Below are positions 23,789 to 33,463 of a stretch of DNA of 64,000 bases, piece after piece (the stretch's first letter is position 1; the number at the start of each line of letters is the position of its first letter). Origin of the DNA: an uncultured bacterium (GTDB lineage Bacteria; Bacillota; Clostridia; Oscillospirales; Oscillospiraceae); NCBI GenBank assembly GCA_946548895.1, contig CAMNQF010000005.1:10595-74594 (forward strand), read 5' to 3'. The notes under the pieces are model-generated. The model was not told where the DNA came from. It saw nothing but the letters and a program-made list of their open reading frames with translations, and searched no databases. The position numbers and the translations under genes are program-made.

Positions 23789-25081
23789 TCACGGCCGGAA
23801 CAGAATGAGGTCCAGAAAAAACTTCCCGTTGTTCAGCTTCACCGCCAGGGTTCCGCCATACTTCTCCACAATGCGCTTCATGCTCTTCATGCCGAAGCCG
23901 TGGTACTGGGCGTCCCGCTGGCTCTTCGGCAGAGCTCCCTCCATGACGATGCCGCCGGAATAGGGGTTCTCCACGTGGATTGTCACCATGCCACCCTCGT
24001 CGGCGGCGGTGAGGGTGACGAACCGTTCCCCCTCCGGCAGTCCGGCGGCCGCCTCCATGGCGTTGTTCAAAGCGTTGTTCACCAGGGCGTACAGGTCCAG
24101 CTCCTCCATGAAATCCAGCGCCGGACCGTCCGCAAAGGCGGTCAGTTCGATGCCCCGGCGGTTGCAGGCGGCCCGCTTCTCCGCCAGCACGATGTCAAGC
24201 ACCCGGTTTCCGGTGTCCACAAAGGTGTCGTACTCCCCCACCTTGCGTTTGAGCTGGTCCGTCTGCTCCTGGGATATCTGCCCCTGAAAGCTCTCCAGCA
24301 AACCCTTCAGGTCGTGGTACTTCTCGTTGACCAGGGCGGCGCTCTCCTCGGACTGGCGGAACTGCTCCCGCTGCAAGTGGACCAGCTCCCGCATGGCGTC
24401 CACGCTGCGGTTGAGCTTGGCCCGCTCCATGACGCCGAACTGAAGCAGGAGGATATACATCCCGCACATCAGCTGGTAAACGCTCTCGGCAAACACAGCG
24501 GTCTCGTTCCGGCCGGTGTTGCCCTGGGTGATCCGGGCCATCCCCAGGCCGAAGGCCAGCACCATGGTGGAAAATACCGCCTTCGTGCGGTTGTTGAAAT
24601 TCTCCTCCCGGCTGCGGGTGAACGGGCGGAAAATGAAATACAGCGCCGCGTACATCCCGAAATACGCCGCCAGGTCCACCAGCAGGATGCCAAAATCGTC
24701 CTGGCACAACCGATTTACCCAGGGATTCAGCTTCAGCAGGGTTTTCACCGTTCCGCCAAAATCCTGGGCGATATATCCGGAAGCAGCCACAAACAGGGCC
24801 GTCCAGAAGGATTCCTCAAAAAAGAACCAGCACAGGAGGATCAGCACGAGGTAGACGGCAAAGGTCATTACAACACGCCCCGGGCTATTTACGCGCTGCC
24901 CCATGTCCGGGAAAAGGACGATCCGAAGGCCGTGCAGCACGGCAAAGCCCGCCGCGGTGCCCAAAATGAGCCGGAGGGGAAAGCGGTTCCGCTTCCGCAG
25001 GGAATAGGCGAACACGAACACACCGAGGACGGATTGCAGCAGGAGAATGGGCGAACGGAATTCGGCGTACCACGCGGGCAT
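23789..25081 (-). CDS. GHKL-type sensor histidine kinase of a LytTR system (AgrC/HATPase_c_5-like)
   Basis: 430 aa. The N-terminal half has multiple TM helices. It is followed by KYHDLKGLLESF (the H-box region) and NNALNNAMEA...YHGFGMKSMKRIVEKYGG (the ATPase region). Confidence 0.85.
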   Translation of the reverse strand: MPAWYAEFRSPILLLQSVLGVFVFAYSLRKRNRFPLRLILGTAAGFAVLHGLRIVLFPDMGQRVNSPGRVVMTFAVYLVLILLCWFFFEESFWTALFVAASGYIAQDFGGTVKTLLKLNPWVNRLCQDDFGILLVDLAAYFGMYAALYFIFRPFTRSREENFNNRTKAVFSTMVLAFGLGMARITQGNTGRNETAVFAESVYQLMCGMYILLLQFGVMERAKLNRSVDAMRELVHLQREQFRQSEESAALVNEKYHDLKGLLESFQGQISQEQTDQLKRKVGEYDTFVDTGNRVLDIVLAEKRAACNRRGIELTAFADGPALDFMEELDLYALVNNALNNAMEAAAGLPEGERFVTLTAADEGGMVTIHVENPYSGGIVMEGALPKSQRDAQYHGFGMKSMKRIVEKYGGTLAVKLNNGKFFLDLILFRP

Positions 25082-25803
25082 TACGCGCTCCCCCCTTTGT
25101 ACTGGGCCAGTAGCGTCAGGAACTCCTTGCGCTTGGACCGGGACAGGGGGATCTCAATCTCGGTCCCGCCCAAAATCACCACATCCTTTTTGACGCCGCG
25201 CACATATTTGAGATTGACCAGGAAGCTGGAGCAGGGCCGGGCAAAATGGGCCTGCCGGAGCTGTTCCTCATACTGGGACAGGGCGCCCCACTGCCGGAGG
25301 ACCTCTCCCCCGGTATGAAACAGCAGGTCATGGCGGGCGGCGGTCTCCACATAGATTACGCTGTCCGCCGGCACCTTGCGCACGTCGGTCTTTGTGCGCA
25401 GTTCCAGCATCAGCTCCTGCTTTCGGTGGGAAAGCATCCGCAGCGCCCGCTCCAGCTTTGCGGAGAAGGACGCATAGCGCACCGGCTTCAGGATATAGTC
25501 AAAGGCCCGGACGGAGTAGCCCTCCACCGCGTACTGGGTAAGGCTGGTGACGAAGACGATCATCACGGCCTCGTCCATCCGGCGGACCCGCCGCGCCACG
25601 TCCATCCCCAGCATATCCGGCACCCGGATGTCCAGAAAAACCAGATCCGCGTCACACTGATAGGCACTCAAAAGCTCCAGGCCGCGGTCATAGCATTCCA
25701 AAACATACTCAAAACTCGGATTCTCCTCCTGATATCTGGCCAGAAACGATGTCAGCTTGTCAAGCTGGGGCCGTTCATCCTCAAGGATCAGGATTTTGAG
25801 CAA
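25081..25803 (-). CDS. LytTR-family response regulator
   Basis: Receiver motifs are KILILEDE and DLVFLDIRVPDMLG. The LytTR C-terminus reads VIYVETAARHDLLFHTGG...FARPCSSFLVNLKYV. TTG 25803 is preferred as start (GGGAGG 8 nt upstream), although the track ATG at 25827 remains possible. The stop overlaps the kinase start by 1 nt. Confidence 0.85.
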   Translation of the reverse strand: MLKILILEDERPQLDKLTSFLARYQEENPSFEYVLECYDRGLELLSAYQCDADLVFLDIRVPDMLGMDVARRVRRMDEAVMIVFVTSLTQYAVEGYSVRAFDYILKPVRYASFSAKLERALRMLSHRKQELMLELRTKTDVRKVPADSVIYVETAARHDLLFHTGGEVLRQWGALSQYEEQLRQAHFARPCSSFLVNLKYVRGVKKDVVILGGTEIEIPLSRSKRKEFLTLLAQYKGGSA

Positions 25804-26011
25804 GGGGTTCACCTCCCGGTCGGGCACACTGTTCTTATTAAATTAGTATACGGCTTTTGGACAGTTTCGTCAAGCTGCTTTGGGTTTTGCGGCGGCAATT
25901 CGGTCATTTTTGACGTGAAAAGCGCCGGTTTTGTGGTTTGGGTTGACTGCGGACTCTGCGGCATGGTAAAACAGCCGTGCCAGTATTTCCAAATTTCAGG
26001 AGGATGAAACT

Positions 26012-26899
26012 ATGAAAAAGAGACAACTGTCAGCCCTTCTATGTACCGCTTTGGCTGCGGCATCCCTGCTGGCCGCCTGCGCGGACAGCCTGCCCGCGGC
26101 CACACCCAGCCCGTCCGCCAGCGTCAAATGGTTTACCGAGCCACGGGAGCTGGACGCGGGGGACGGCTATACCTCCAGCGAGTACTATCTGCTCAACGAG
26201 GAAACCCAGCGGCACATCTACTGCGTGGAAACCAAACCCGCCGGCGTAAAAGAGGGGGAAAAGGTCCCCGCCGTGGTCTACGTCCACGGGCAGAGCGGCT
26301 ACGCCACCAATTTCAGCGCGATTTACACCCGGCTGGCGCAGGACAACATCGCGGCCTTCTCCTTTGAGTGCTGCGGCGGCAACAAGAGCGGCGCCAAAAG
26401 CGAGGGCTCCAAGCTGTTCCCCGCTCACTACACCTCCCGTATGACCGACCTGGAGACCGTGCTGGCCAAAGTCAAAACCCTGGACTATGTGGACACGGAC
26501 CACATTTTCCTGTTCGGCGAAAGCTACGGCGGTGTAACGGTGTCCCTGGACGCCATCGGCCATAACGAAATTCCTGGGATCATTCTTCTCTCCACCGGAA
26601 TCTCGGATACAATGCTGGCCCGGGAGGAGGACGATCCGACCTATATCCCGGAGCGCGACTACGCCGACCCTCTGGAGGCAATCAAAGGTTATGAGGGAGA
26701 TGTTATCTGCTTCAACGGACAGCAGGATTTTGCTCATGACGCGGGCGAAAACCAGATCGCGGTTTACAACCAGCGCAGCACAGGTTCCGCAGTGTTTTAC
26801 TCTTTGGAGGATTCCGACCACAGTTTTTCCGCGCTGTCTGACGAAGGAAAGAAATTCCTCGTGGAGTCCATGAGAGATTTTATTCTGGAGCGCTCTTGA
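26012..26899 (+). CDS. alpha/beta hydrolase (serine esterase) lipoprotein, paralog of 22706..23590
   Basis: MKKRQLSALLCTALAAASLLAACAD is the lipobox. The nucleophile elbow is GESYGG. It shares the LDYVD...IFLFG block with the other esterase, plus CGGxxS. Confidence 0.8.
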   Translation: MKKRQLSALLCTALAAASLLAACADSLPAATPSPSASVKWFTEPRELDAGDGYTSSEYYLLNEETQRHIYCVETKPAGVKEGEKVPAVVYVHGQSGYATNFSAIYTRLAQDNIAAFSFECCGGNKSGAKSEGSKLFPAHYTSRMTDLETVLAKVKTLDYVDTDHIFLFGESYGGVTVSLDAIGHNEIPGIILLSTGISDTMLAREEDDPTYIPERDYADPLEAIKGYEGDVICFNGQQDFAHDAGENQIAVYNQRSTGSAVFYSLEDSDHSFSALSDEGKKFLVESMRDFILERS

Positions 26900-27135
26900 T
26901 TTTGGAGGGACAGAATAGGGAAAAAATCGTCCGCCTGTACTTTTCGCGGGGTTCCGCATAGGCCGCCGGAGATATCCGCAAAATTGTCCTCCGGCATCAA
27001 AAACGTATTGCGTATAAAATCGTCCAAACCACCGCTTTGTCTGAAATGATAGGCGCTTCCTATTGGAAACGGAAGCCAAATGATGATAAAGTAAGAATAA
27101 ATCATGTTGCCATCCCAAAGGAGCGTGTGTCTTTC

Positions 27136-28131
27136 ATGGTAAAGCAGGTATGGAACGACCCGGCCGTGTACTGCGTTGAGGTGGATCTCCCGCAGAATCC
27201 GCTGCACAATTTAAATGTCTACGTGATCCGCACCCCAGAGCGCGATCTCATGATTGACACCGGCTTTTGCCGCCCGGAATGCCGTGAGGCCCTGTGGTCA
27301 GGGATCAGGGAGCTCGGATTGAATCTTTCCAGGACCGCGCTCTTTTTGACCCACCTCCACTCCGACCACACAGGACTGGTATGGGATTTTGTGGACCGCG
27401 ATATTCCCGTCTATATGGGGCGCGTTGATCTGGGCTATCTCTCCGGGCCCCATCAGATGGATCATCTGGCGTTGCTGGAAGAAATGTTTGGCATGGAGGG
27501 CTTCCCCCCGGAATATCTGGCCGTGCAGTCTACGGAAAATCAGGGCCGCATCTATGCGCCCAAACCCGGTTTTCCAGCGGTTCCTCTGGACCACGGAGAC
27601 AAAATCCCCATGAGCGGCTTGGATGTGACCGCGCTCCACACACCGGGCCATACCCCAGGCCATATGGTGCTCTATCTTCCAAAAGAACAGCTGTTGTTCT
27701 CCGGCGATCACATTCTGTTTGGCATCACGCCAAATATCAGTGTCTGGCATCAGGTACCCCACTCGCTGAAGGATTACTTTGACAGCCTGGGCATGATCCG
27801 CACCCTTCCCATCCGCGCCACATTTCCGGCGCACCGTTCCGCGGAAGGAGACGCGCACCAGCGCGTGAAGGAGCTGTTGGTTCACCATGCTCAACGGTTG
27901 GCCGAGATATACCAAGCGGCCGCCGCCTATCCGGGCAGCACGGCCTATCAGATCGCAGGCATGATTAAATGGTCGGCGCGGGGACGGGCCTGGGAGGAAT
28001 TCCCATCCCATCAGCGGTGGTTTGCCATGGCGGAAACGCTGGCGCACCTGTACTATCTGGCGGAAAAGGACAAAGTGCGCCGGATACAGCGGTCCGGCCG
28101 GATCTTATATCATGTCAAAGCGCCCCTGTGA
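27136..28131 (+). CDS. MBL-fold metallo-hydrolase
   Basis: The motif LTHLHSDHTG is the HxHxDH signature, followed by HTPGHTPGH. The start is moved to ATG 27136 (AAGGAG upstream). Confidence 0.85.
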   Translation: MVKQVWNDPAVYCVEVDLPQNPLHNLNVYVIRTPERDLMIDTGFCRPECREALWSGIRELGLNLSRTALFLTHLHSDHTGLVWDFVDRDIPVYMGRVDLGYLSGPHQMDHLALLEEMFGMEGFPPEYLAVQSTENQGRIYAPKPGFPAVPLDHGDKIPMSGLDVTALHTPGHTPGHMVLYLPKEQLLFSGDHILFGITPNISVWHQVPHSLKDYFDSLGMIRTLPIRATFPAHRSAEGDAHQRVKELLVHHAQRLAEIYQAAAAYPGSTAYQIAGMIKWSARGRAWEEFPSHQRWFAMAETLAHLYYLAEKDKVRRIQRSGRILYHVKAPL

Positions 28132-28158
28132 ATCCCACAGGGGCGCTTTTGGCATACG

Positions 28159-29046
28159 TCAGGGCTGGTAGGACCAGAACGCCGCCACATAGTCGATAAA
28201 GCTCTCCACCACCGGCGTTTTGTACCGATCCCGGTGGAACACCATGTAGACCATGTGAAAATCAATGGGAACCTGGGCGAGAGGGATCAGCGAAATGTCG
28301 TCAAACATTCGGACCCTGGGCGTGTCCAGAAGGATGGCCACATAGTCGCTGAGCTGGCAGATGCCATACATAGATTCCTCGTTTCCGTAATGGTGGTCCG
28401 CCGACAGGTGGTGCCGGGCCAGGAGCTTCTGGATGTCGCGGCCAATGGGCTGCTCCAGGTGATAGGAGATCAGCTTATGCCCCGCCAGGTCGGAAAAGTC
28501 CAGGGACTCACGGCTGTCAAGAGGGTGCCCCCGCCGGACCGTGGCCGCCAGCAGCTGGCACAAAATGGGCACAAAAAACAGGTCGCTCCCATCGGGCACA
28601 TGGGAGCAGAACCCCACATCCCATTCCCCCCGGCGGATGCGCTGAATGATCTCGTTGGTTTGCGCCTCAAAAATGTTGACCTTCACCGCGGGGCCCTTCA
28701 AGTCCCGGAAGGCCAGCAGAACCTGGGGGATAAAGTCGGATTGGATCGTGGGGATGCAGCCGACGTTGACGGTGCCGCTCAGGCCTCCCCCGTATTCCTT
28801 GGCCTTCGCCACGCCCTTGTCCAGGGTGCGCAGGGCCACGGAGACCGTGTCGTAGAATTCCTTTCCATACTTGGTGAGGACCACGTTCCGGCCGCTTTTT
28901 TCGAACAGCGCAATGCCCAGCTCCGCCTCCAGGGAGCTGATGGCGCCGCTGAGGCTGGGCTGGGTGATGTAGAGTTCTTTCGCGGCCTTGGTGTAGTGCT
29001 GAAGCTCGGCCAGCTTGCAGAAATAGTACAGGTGCGCGAGATTCAT
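28159..29046 (-). CDS. LysR-family transcriptional regulator
   Basis: MNLAHLYYFCKLAELQHYTKAAKELYITQPSLSGAISSLEAELG is the LysR HTH. The gene is divergent from the acyl-CoA operon. Confidence 0.9.
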   Translation of the reverse strand: MNLAHLYYFCKLAELQHYTKAAKELYITQPSLSGAISSLEAELGIALFEKSGRNVVLTKYGKEFYDTVSVALRTLDKGVAKAKEYGGGLSGTVNVGCIPTIQSDFIPQVLLAFRDLKGPAVKVNIFEAQTNEIIQRIRRGEWDVGFCSHVPDGSDLFFVPILCQLLAATVRRGHPLDSRESLDFSDLAGHKLISYHLEQPIGRDIQKLLARHHLSADHHYGNEESMYGICQLSDYVAILLDTPRVRMFDDISLIPLAQVPIDFHMVYMVFHRDRYKTPVVESFIDYVAAFWSYQP

Positions 29047-29261
29047 TCAGAGCCCCTCCCTTGTCACCCGCAGACTCGCCGCGGCGCGGAACGATAGGCG
29101 CGGCCTATGGTTTCCAGCTCCCCCGCAAGGCGCTTCCGATTGGACGCGGCGGGCATATGCGGGTACAATATTGTTTGTCAACACAAGGGACTCATTTCCA
29201 GATGTCAGTCCCATTATAGCAGAGAAAACTTCAAATTTCAAGACAAAAGGGGAGTCAAATC

Positions 29262-30443
29262 ATGAAGTTGTCCGAAAAGCAGTTCCAAGACTATCTGCTC
29301 CAGATCCGCGCCCTGGCCGAGGGCCCCTTCGATGAGATGCAAAAGGAGATTGAGGTCACCAACAAGTTCCCCGCCGAGTTCTACGACCTGGCCATCAAGA
29401 ACGACCTCTACCGGTTCTCCCTCCCCGAGAAGTACGGCGGGTGGGGTATGTCCGAGCTGGAGATTCTGAAGGTCCAGGAGGAGTTCTCCCGCGGCCCCGG
29501 CGGTATGCGGATGCACCTGCACTACGCCGCCGACATGAACTGGCGCATCCTGGACGACTACGGCAGCGACGAGTTGAAGGCCGAGTACATGGACAAGTTC
29601 CAGGACAAGACCATCTTCACCTGCTTCGCCCTGACCGAGGAGACCGGCGGCACCGGCGCCGACCTGCACACCACCGCCGTGCGCGACGGCGACGACTACA
29701 TCCTCAACGGCGAGAAGTGGCTGATCTCCCACACCGACTGCTGCGAGTTCGCCTACGTGTTCGCCGTCACCAACCCCGACAGCGACAAGGACGACCGCCT
29801 GTCCGGCTTCTTCGTCCCCGTGGACACCCCGGGCTATGAGGTGGTCCCCATGCCCCACATGATGGGCTGCCGCGGCGCCGGCCACACCGGCCTGAAGTTC
29901 ACCAATATGCGCCTGAACAAAAAGTACCTGCTGGGCAAAGAGGGCCAGGGCCTGGAGATCGCCCTGCACTCCCTGTCCGTCTCCCGGGCCCACATCGCCG
30001 TGTCCAACCTGGGCATGGCCCAGCGTATGCTGGAGATCAGCATCAAGCGCGCCCAGGACCGGGTCACCTTCGGCAAGCCCATCATCTCCCGCCAGGCCAT
30101 CAAGATGAAGATCGCCGAGATGTCCACCTGGATCCACGCCCTGCGCACCATGGTCTACGACTTCGGCAAGGACTATGACAACGATCCCCACGGCGAGTAC
30201 ATCGAGGAGAAGGCCGCCATGTGCAAGCTGTTCAGCATTGAGACGGTGAAGATGGTGTCCGACGAGATGCTGGAGATCTTCGGCGGCGTGGGCTACTTCG
30301 AGGACAATCCCTACGGCCCCGTGGAGCGGCTCTACCGCGACTGCCGCGCCATGTTCCTGGAGGAGGGCGCCCCCACCGTCCAGCGCATCACCATCGCCCG
30401 CAACACCGTCAAGCACGGCGGCACGCTGAAGTATCTGGACTGA
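29262..30443 (+). CDS. acyl-CoA dehydrogenase family protein (divergent, CaiA/CarC-like position)
   Basis: 393 aa. CFALTEETGGTGADL resembles the ACAD motif xLTEPxxGSD. Also present are GEKWLIS and the C-terminal CRAMFLEEGAPTVQR, which corresponds to the YEGT catalytic Glu region. Confidence 0.85.
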   Translation: MKLSEKQFQDYLLQIRALAEGPFDEMQKEIEVTNKFPAEFYDLAIKNDLYRFSLPEKYGGWGMSELEILKVQEEFSRGPGGMRMHLHYAADMNWRILDDYGSDELKAEYMDKFQDKTIFTCFALTEETGGTGADLHTTAVRDGDDYILNGEKWLISHTDCCEFAYVFAVTNPDSDKDDRLSGFFVPVDTPGYEVVPMPHMMGCRGAGHTGLKFTNMRLNKKYLLGKEGQGLEIALHSLSVSRAHIAVSNLGMAQRMLEISIKRAQDRVTFGKPIISRQAIKMKIAEMSTWIHALRTMVYDFGKDYDNDPHGEYIEEKAAMCKLFSIETVKMVSDEMLEIFGGVGYFEDNPYGPVERLYRDCRAMFLEEGAPTVQRITIARNTVKHGGTLKYLD

Positions 30444-30558
30444 TTGTCCGGCCCCTAGCGCTGAAAACATAAGACTGCACGGCGCGGCCGCCCCTCCCAG
30501 AGACTGTGGGGAGGTGGCGGCCGCGCCCGTATCATCGGCAGACAGGAGGGAATGCGGC

Positions 30559-31785
30559 GTGAAGCCTATGGAACAGATCAAGGTGGTGGAGCTGTCCACC
30601 TATCTGGCGGCGCCCACCGCGGCCAGAGTGCTGGCGGAGTGGGGCGCGGACTGCATCAAAATCGAATCTCCCCAGGGCGACCCTGCCCGCACCCAGGGCG
30701 CGGTATTCAATATGCCCTACAGCGACGAGGAAAATCTGGCCTTTGACGTGGCCAACTTCAACAAGCGATTCGTGACGCTGAACCTGAAAAGCGAGACGGG
30801 GCTGGAGGTGGCCTACAAGCTGCTGGCCGGGGCGGACGTCTTTGTCACCAGCGTGCGCACCAAGAGCCTGAAAAAGATGGGCCTGGACTACGAGACGCTG
30901 AAGGAGCGTTTCCCCCGCCTGGTGTTCGCCCAGGTCCTGGGCTACGGCGAGCAGGGCCCGGAGAAGGACAGCGCGGGCTTTGACGTCACCTGCTACATGG
31001 CCCGGGGCGGCGTGTTCGGCACCACGGTGAACCGGGGGGACGCCCCCATGATCCCCACCAACGGCTTCGGGGATTTCCAGGTGTCCCTGGCCCTGGCGGG
31101 GGGCGTGGCCTCCGCGCTGTTCAACCGAACCCGCACCGGCCTGGGCGACAAGGTGACGGTGAGCCTCCACCACGCGGCGGTGTTCGCCCTCAGCACCGGC
31201 ATCATCAGCGCCCAATACGGCAATCCCTACCCCAAGAGCCGCAGGGAAGTGGTGAACCCCTTCAACAACGTCTACCACACCAGCGACGACAAGTGGGTGG
31301 TCATCTGCTGCCCGGAGTACGACCGGGACTTCAACAAGATCATGCGCCTCATCGGCCGGGAGGATCTGGTGGACAGCCCGGAGCTGTCCAACTGCGCCCA
31401 GGTCAACGCCCGGGGCGAGATCTGGAAGGTGGTGGACGTGCTGGACGAGGCCTTTGGGAAAATGACCCGCGGCGAGGCCATGTCCCTGTTCAAGGGCGCG
31501 GACTTGCCCTGCGAGTCCGCCAACGAGCCGCTGGACATCTACGAGGATGAGCAGTGCTGGGCCAACGACATCCTGTGCCGGTACCCCTACCCCCAGGGCG
31601 GGAGGAACTTCGCCACCAACCCCGTCCGCTTTTCCTCCCTGGGCACCCCGGACTACTTCTCCGGCGGGAAGCAGGGCTCCGCCACTGAGGAAGTGATGGC
31701 CGCGCTGGGCTACACCCGGGAGCAGGTGGACGCGGCCATTGCCCAGGGCGCCGTGGAGGGCAGCAAAAACCTCAAGCGGCTGTGA
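30559..31785 (+). CDS. family III CoA-transferase (CaiB/BaiF type)
   Basis: The sequence IKVVELSTYLAAPTAARVLAEWGADCIKIESPQGDPAR is the typical N-terminus of family III CoA transferases. GTG 30559 is preferred (GGAGGG 8 nt upstream), with ATG 30568 as the alternative. Confidence 0.85.
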   Translation: MKPMEQIKVVELSTYLAAPTAARVLAEWGADCIKIESPQGDPARTQGAVFNMPYSDEENLAFDVANFNKRFVTLNLKSETGLEVAYKLLAGADVFVTSVRTKSLKKMGLDYETLKERFPRLVFAQVLGYGEQGPEKDSAGFDVTCYMARGGVFGTTVNRGDAPMIPTNGFGDFQVSLALAGGVASALFNRTRTGLGDKVTVSLHHAAVFALSTGIISAQYGNPYPKSRREVVNPFNNVYHTSDDKWVVICCPEYDRDFNKIMRLIGREDLVDSPELSNCAQVNARGEIWKVVDVLDEAFGKMTRGEAMSLFKGADLPCESANEPLDIYEDEQCWANDILCRYPYPQGGRNFATNPVRFSSLGTPDYFSGGKQGSATEEVMAALGYTREQVDAAIAQGAVEGSKNLKRL

Positions 31786-31822
31786 GCGGGGCTCACAGCC
31801 GCGGGGGAAGGGGGAGAGCTAC

Positions 31823-33463
31823 TTGAAGATAGCGGCGAGGATCGACCCGGAGCGGCAAAGGTACTATACCCGGCAGGGCTGGTGGGGGACGCGCACCCTG
31901 TTGGACCACTGGAATGAGACGGTTCAGCGGTACGGGGACAGGCGGTATGTCTGCGGCGACAACGGCGTGTGGCTCACCTACCGCCAGGTGGACGGCTACG
32001 CGGGCCGTCTGGCCGCGTATTTGAGGGAGAACGGCGTGGAATGCGGCGACGTCGCCGCCATACAGCTGCCCAACTGGACCGCCTACTGCGTCGCGTATGT
32101 GGCCGGATTAAAGGCGGGCGCGGTCCTCCACCTGATCTCCCGGAACACGGAAAAGTCGGAGCTGGCGGACCTGTTGACGCGGTCGGGCGCGAAGGCCCTG
32201 GTCTGTCCCACCAGCTTCCGGGGTCTGGATTATGAGGCGGCGCTGTCGAATTACCGCAGGGACATCCCCTCCCTGCGGTGCGTGGTGCTCGTGGACGAAC
32301 AGGAACCGGCCCGCAGCGGCCATACCACGCTGACTCAGGTGCTGAAAACCTGCCGGCCATTGGACGCATCTCCCAAGGCCGATGCCAATGACGTGGCGGC
32401 GCTGTTAAACACCTCGGGGACCACCGGCTCCCCCAAGATCGTCATGATTACCCACAACAACATCCTGTTCAGCGAGACGCAGTTCAACCGGGAGCTGGGC
32501 GTCACCCAGGACGACATCATGTTCATGCCCGCGCCGCTCCACCACGCCACCGGGTTCCACCACGGGCTGATCGCGCCCATGCTGGCCGGCGCGGGGGTGG
32601 TCCTCCAGCAGCGGTTCCAGCGGGAGCAGGCGGTCCGGCTCATCCTCCGGGAGCAGTGCACCTACTCCATGGGGGCCACCCCCTTTGTCTACGACATCCT
32701 CCAGGAGATGGAGCGCACCGGGGTCCGTCTGCCCAGCATGAAATTCTTCCTGTGCGGCGGGGCCCATGTACCCCGAAGCCTGGTCCGGCGGGGGATGGAC
32801 CTGGGCCTGCCCATCTGCGAGGTCTACGGCTCCACCGAGAGCCCGCCCCACGCCTTCGTCCCGGTGGCGGAGGCCGAGAAGCTGGCCGGCTCCGTCTCAG
32901 GCCGCCCCATGGGGGGCGTGGAGGTGCGGCTGGTGGACGGCAACGGGCGGGACGTGCCGCCGGGGGTGAAGGGCGAGGAGTGGTCCAGGGGTCCCAACGT
33001 GTTCGTGGGCTACCTGGGGGACCAGGCCGCCACCGACCAGGCGCTCCATGCCGGTGGCTGGTTCGCCAGCGGCGATTTGTGTGTGGGGGACGAGGCGGGA
33101 AACCTGCGGGTGGTGGGCCGGAAAAAGGAGATCATCATCCGGGGCGGCGAAAACCTGTCCATCCACCGCATCCGGGAGACGCTGGAGGGCTGTCCCGGCG
33201 TGGCGGACTGCGCCGTGGTGGGCAAGCCCGACCCCCGCTTCGGGGAGCGGATCTGCGCCTGCGTGGTGCCGGAGGCGGGGCGGACCGTGACCCTCCAGGA
33301 CCTGTTGGGCTATGTGTCCGCCAACCATGTGCCCAAGTACCTGTGGCCGGAGATGGTGGAGATTGTGGACGCCATCCCCCGCACGGAGAGCGGGAAGATC
33401 AAATGCTGTTCACTGGTGCGGGAGATTCAGGCCAGGGACCGGGAGGGGGCAAACAGCCGATGA
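31823..33463 (+). CDS. AMP-dependent acyl-CoA ligase
   Basis: The AMP-binding motif is LNTSGTTGSPKIVMITH, followed by YGSTE and GWFASGD...VVGRKKEIIIRGGENL. TTG 31823 comes after GGGGGAGAG, which places the start after the preceding stop at 31785. Confidence 0.85.
   Translation: MKIAARIDPERQRYYTRQGWWGTRTLLDHWNETVQRYGDRRYVCGDNGVWLTYRQVDGYAGRLAAYLRENGVECGDVAAIQLPNWTAYCVAYVAGLKAGAVLHLISRNTEKSELADLLTRSGAKALVCPTSFRGLDYEAALSNYRRDIPSLRCVVLVDEQEPARSGHTTLTQVLKTCRPLDASPKADANDVAALLNTSGTTGSPKIVMITHNNILFSETQFNRELGVTQDDIMFMPAPLHHATGFHHGLIAPMLAGAGVVLQQRFQREQAVRLILREQCTYSMGATPFVYDILQEMERTGVRLPSMKFFLCGGAHVPRSLVRRGMDLGLPICEVYGSTESPPHAFVPVAEAEKLAGSVSGRPMGGVEVRLVDGNGRDVPPGVKGEEWSRGPNVFVGYLGDQAATDQALHAGGWFASGDLCVGDEAGNLRVVGRKKEIIIRGGENLSIHRIRETLEGCPGVADCAVVGKPDPRFGERICACVVPEAGRTVTLQDLLGYVSANHVPKYLWPEMVEIVDAIPRTESGKIKCCSLVREIQARDREGANSR

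Noticed and set aside
25828-26011. LytTR operator direct repeats in the regulator/esterase intergenic region (CTGCGGA-CTCTGCGGC, GGTTTTG motifs)
   Set aside because: The repeats are short and irregularly spaced. I could not define the canonical pair of 9-bp repeats with a 12-bp spacer by eye.
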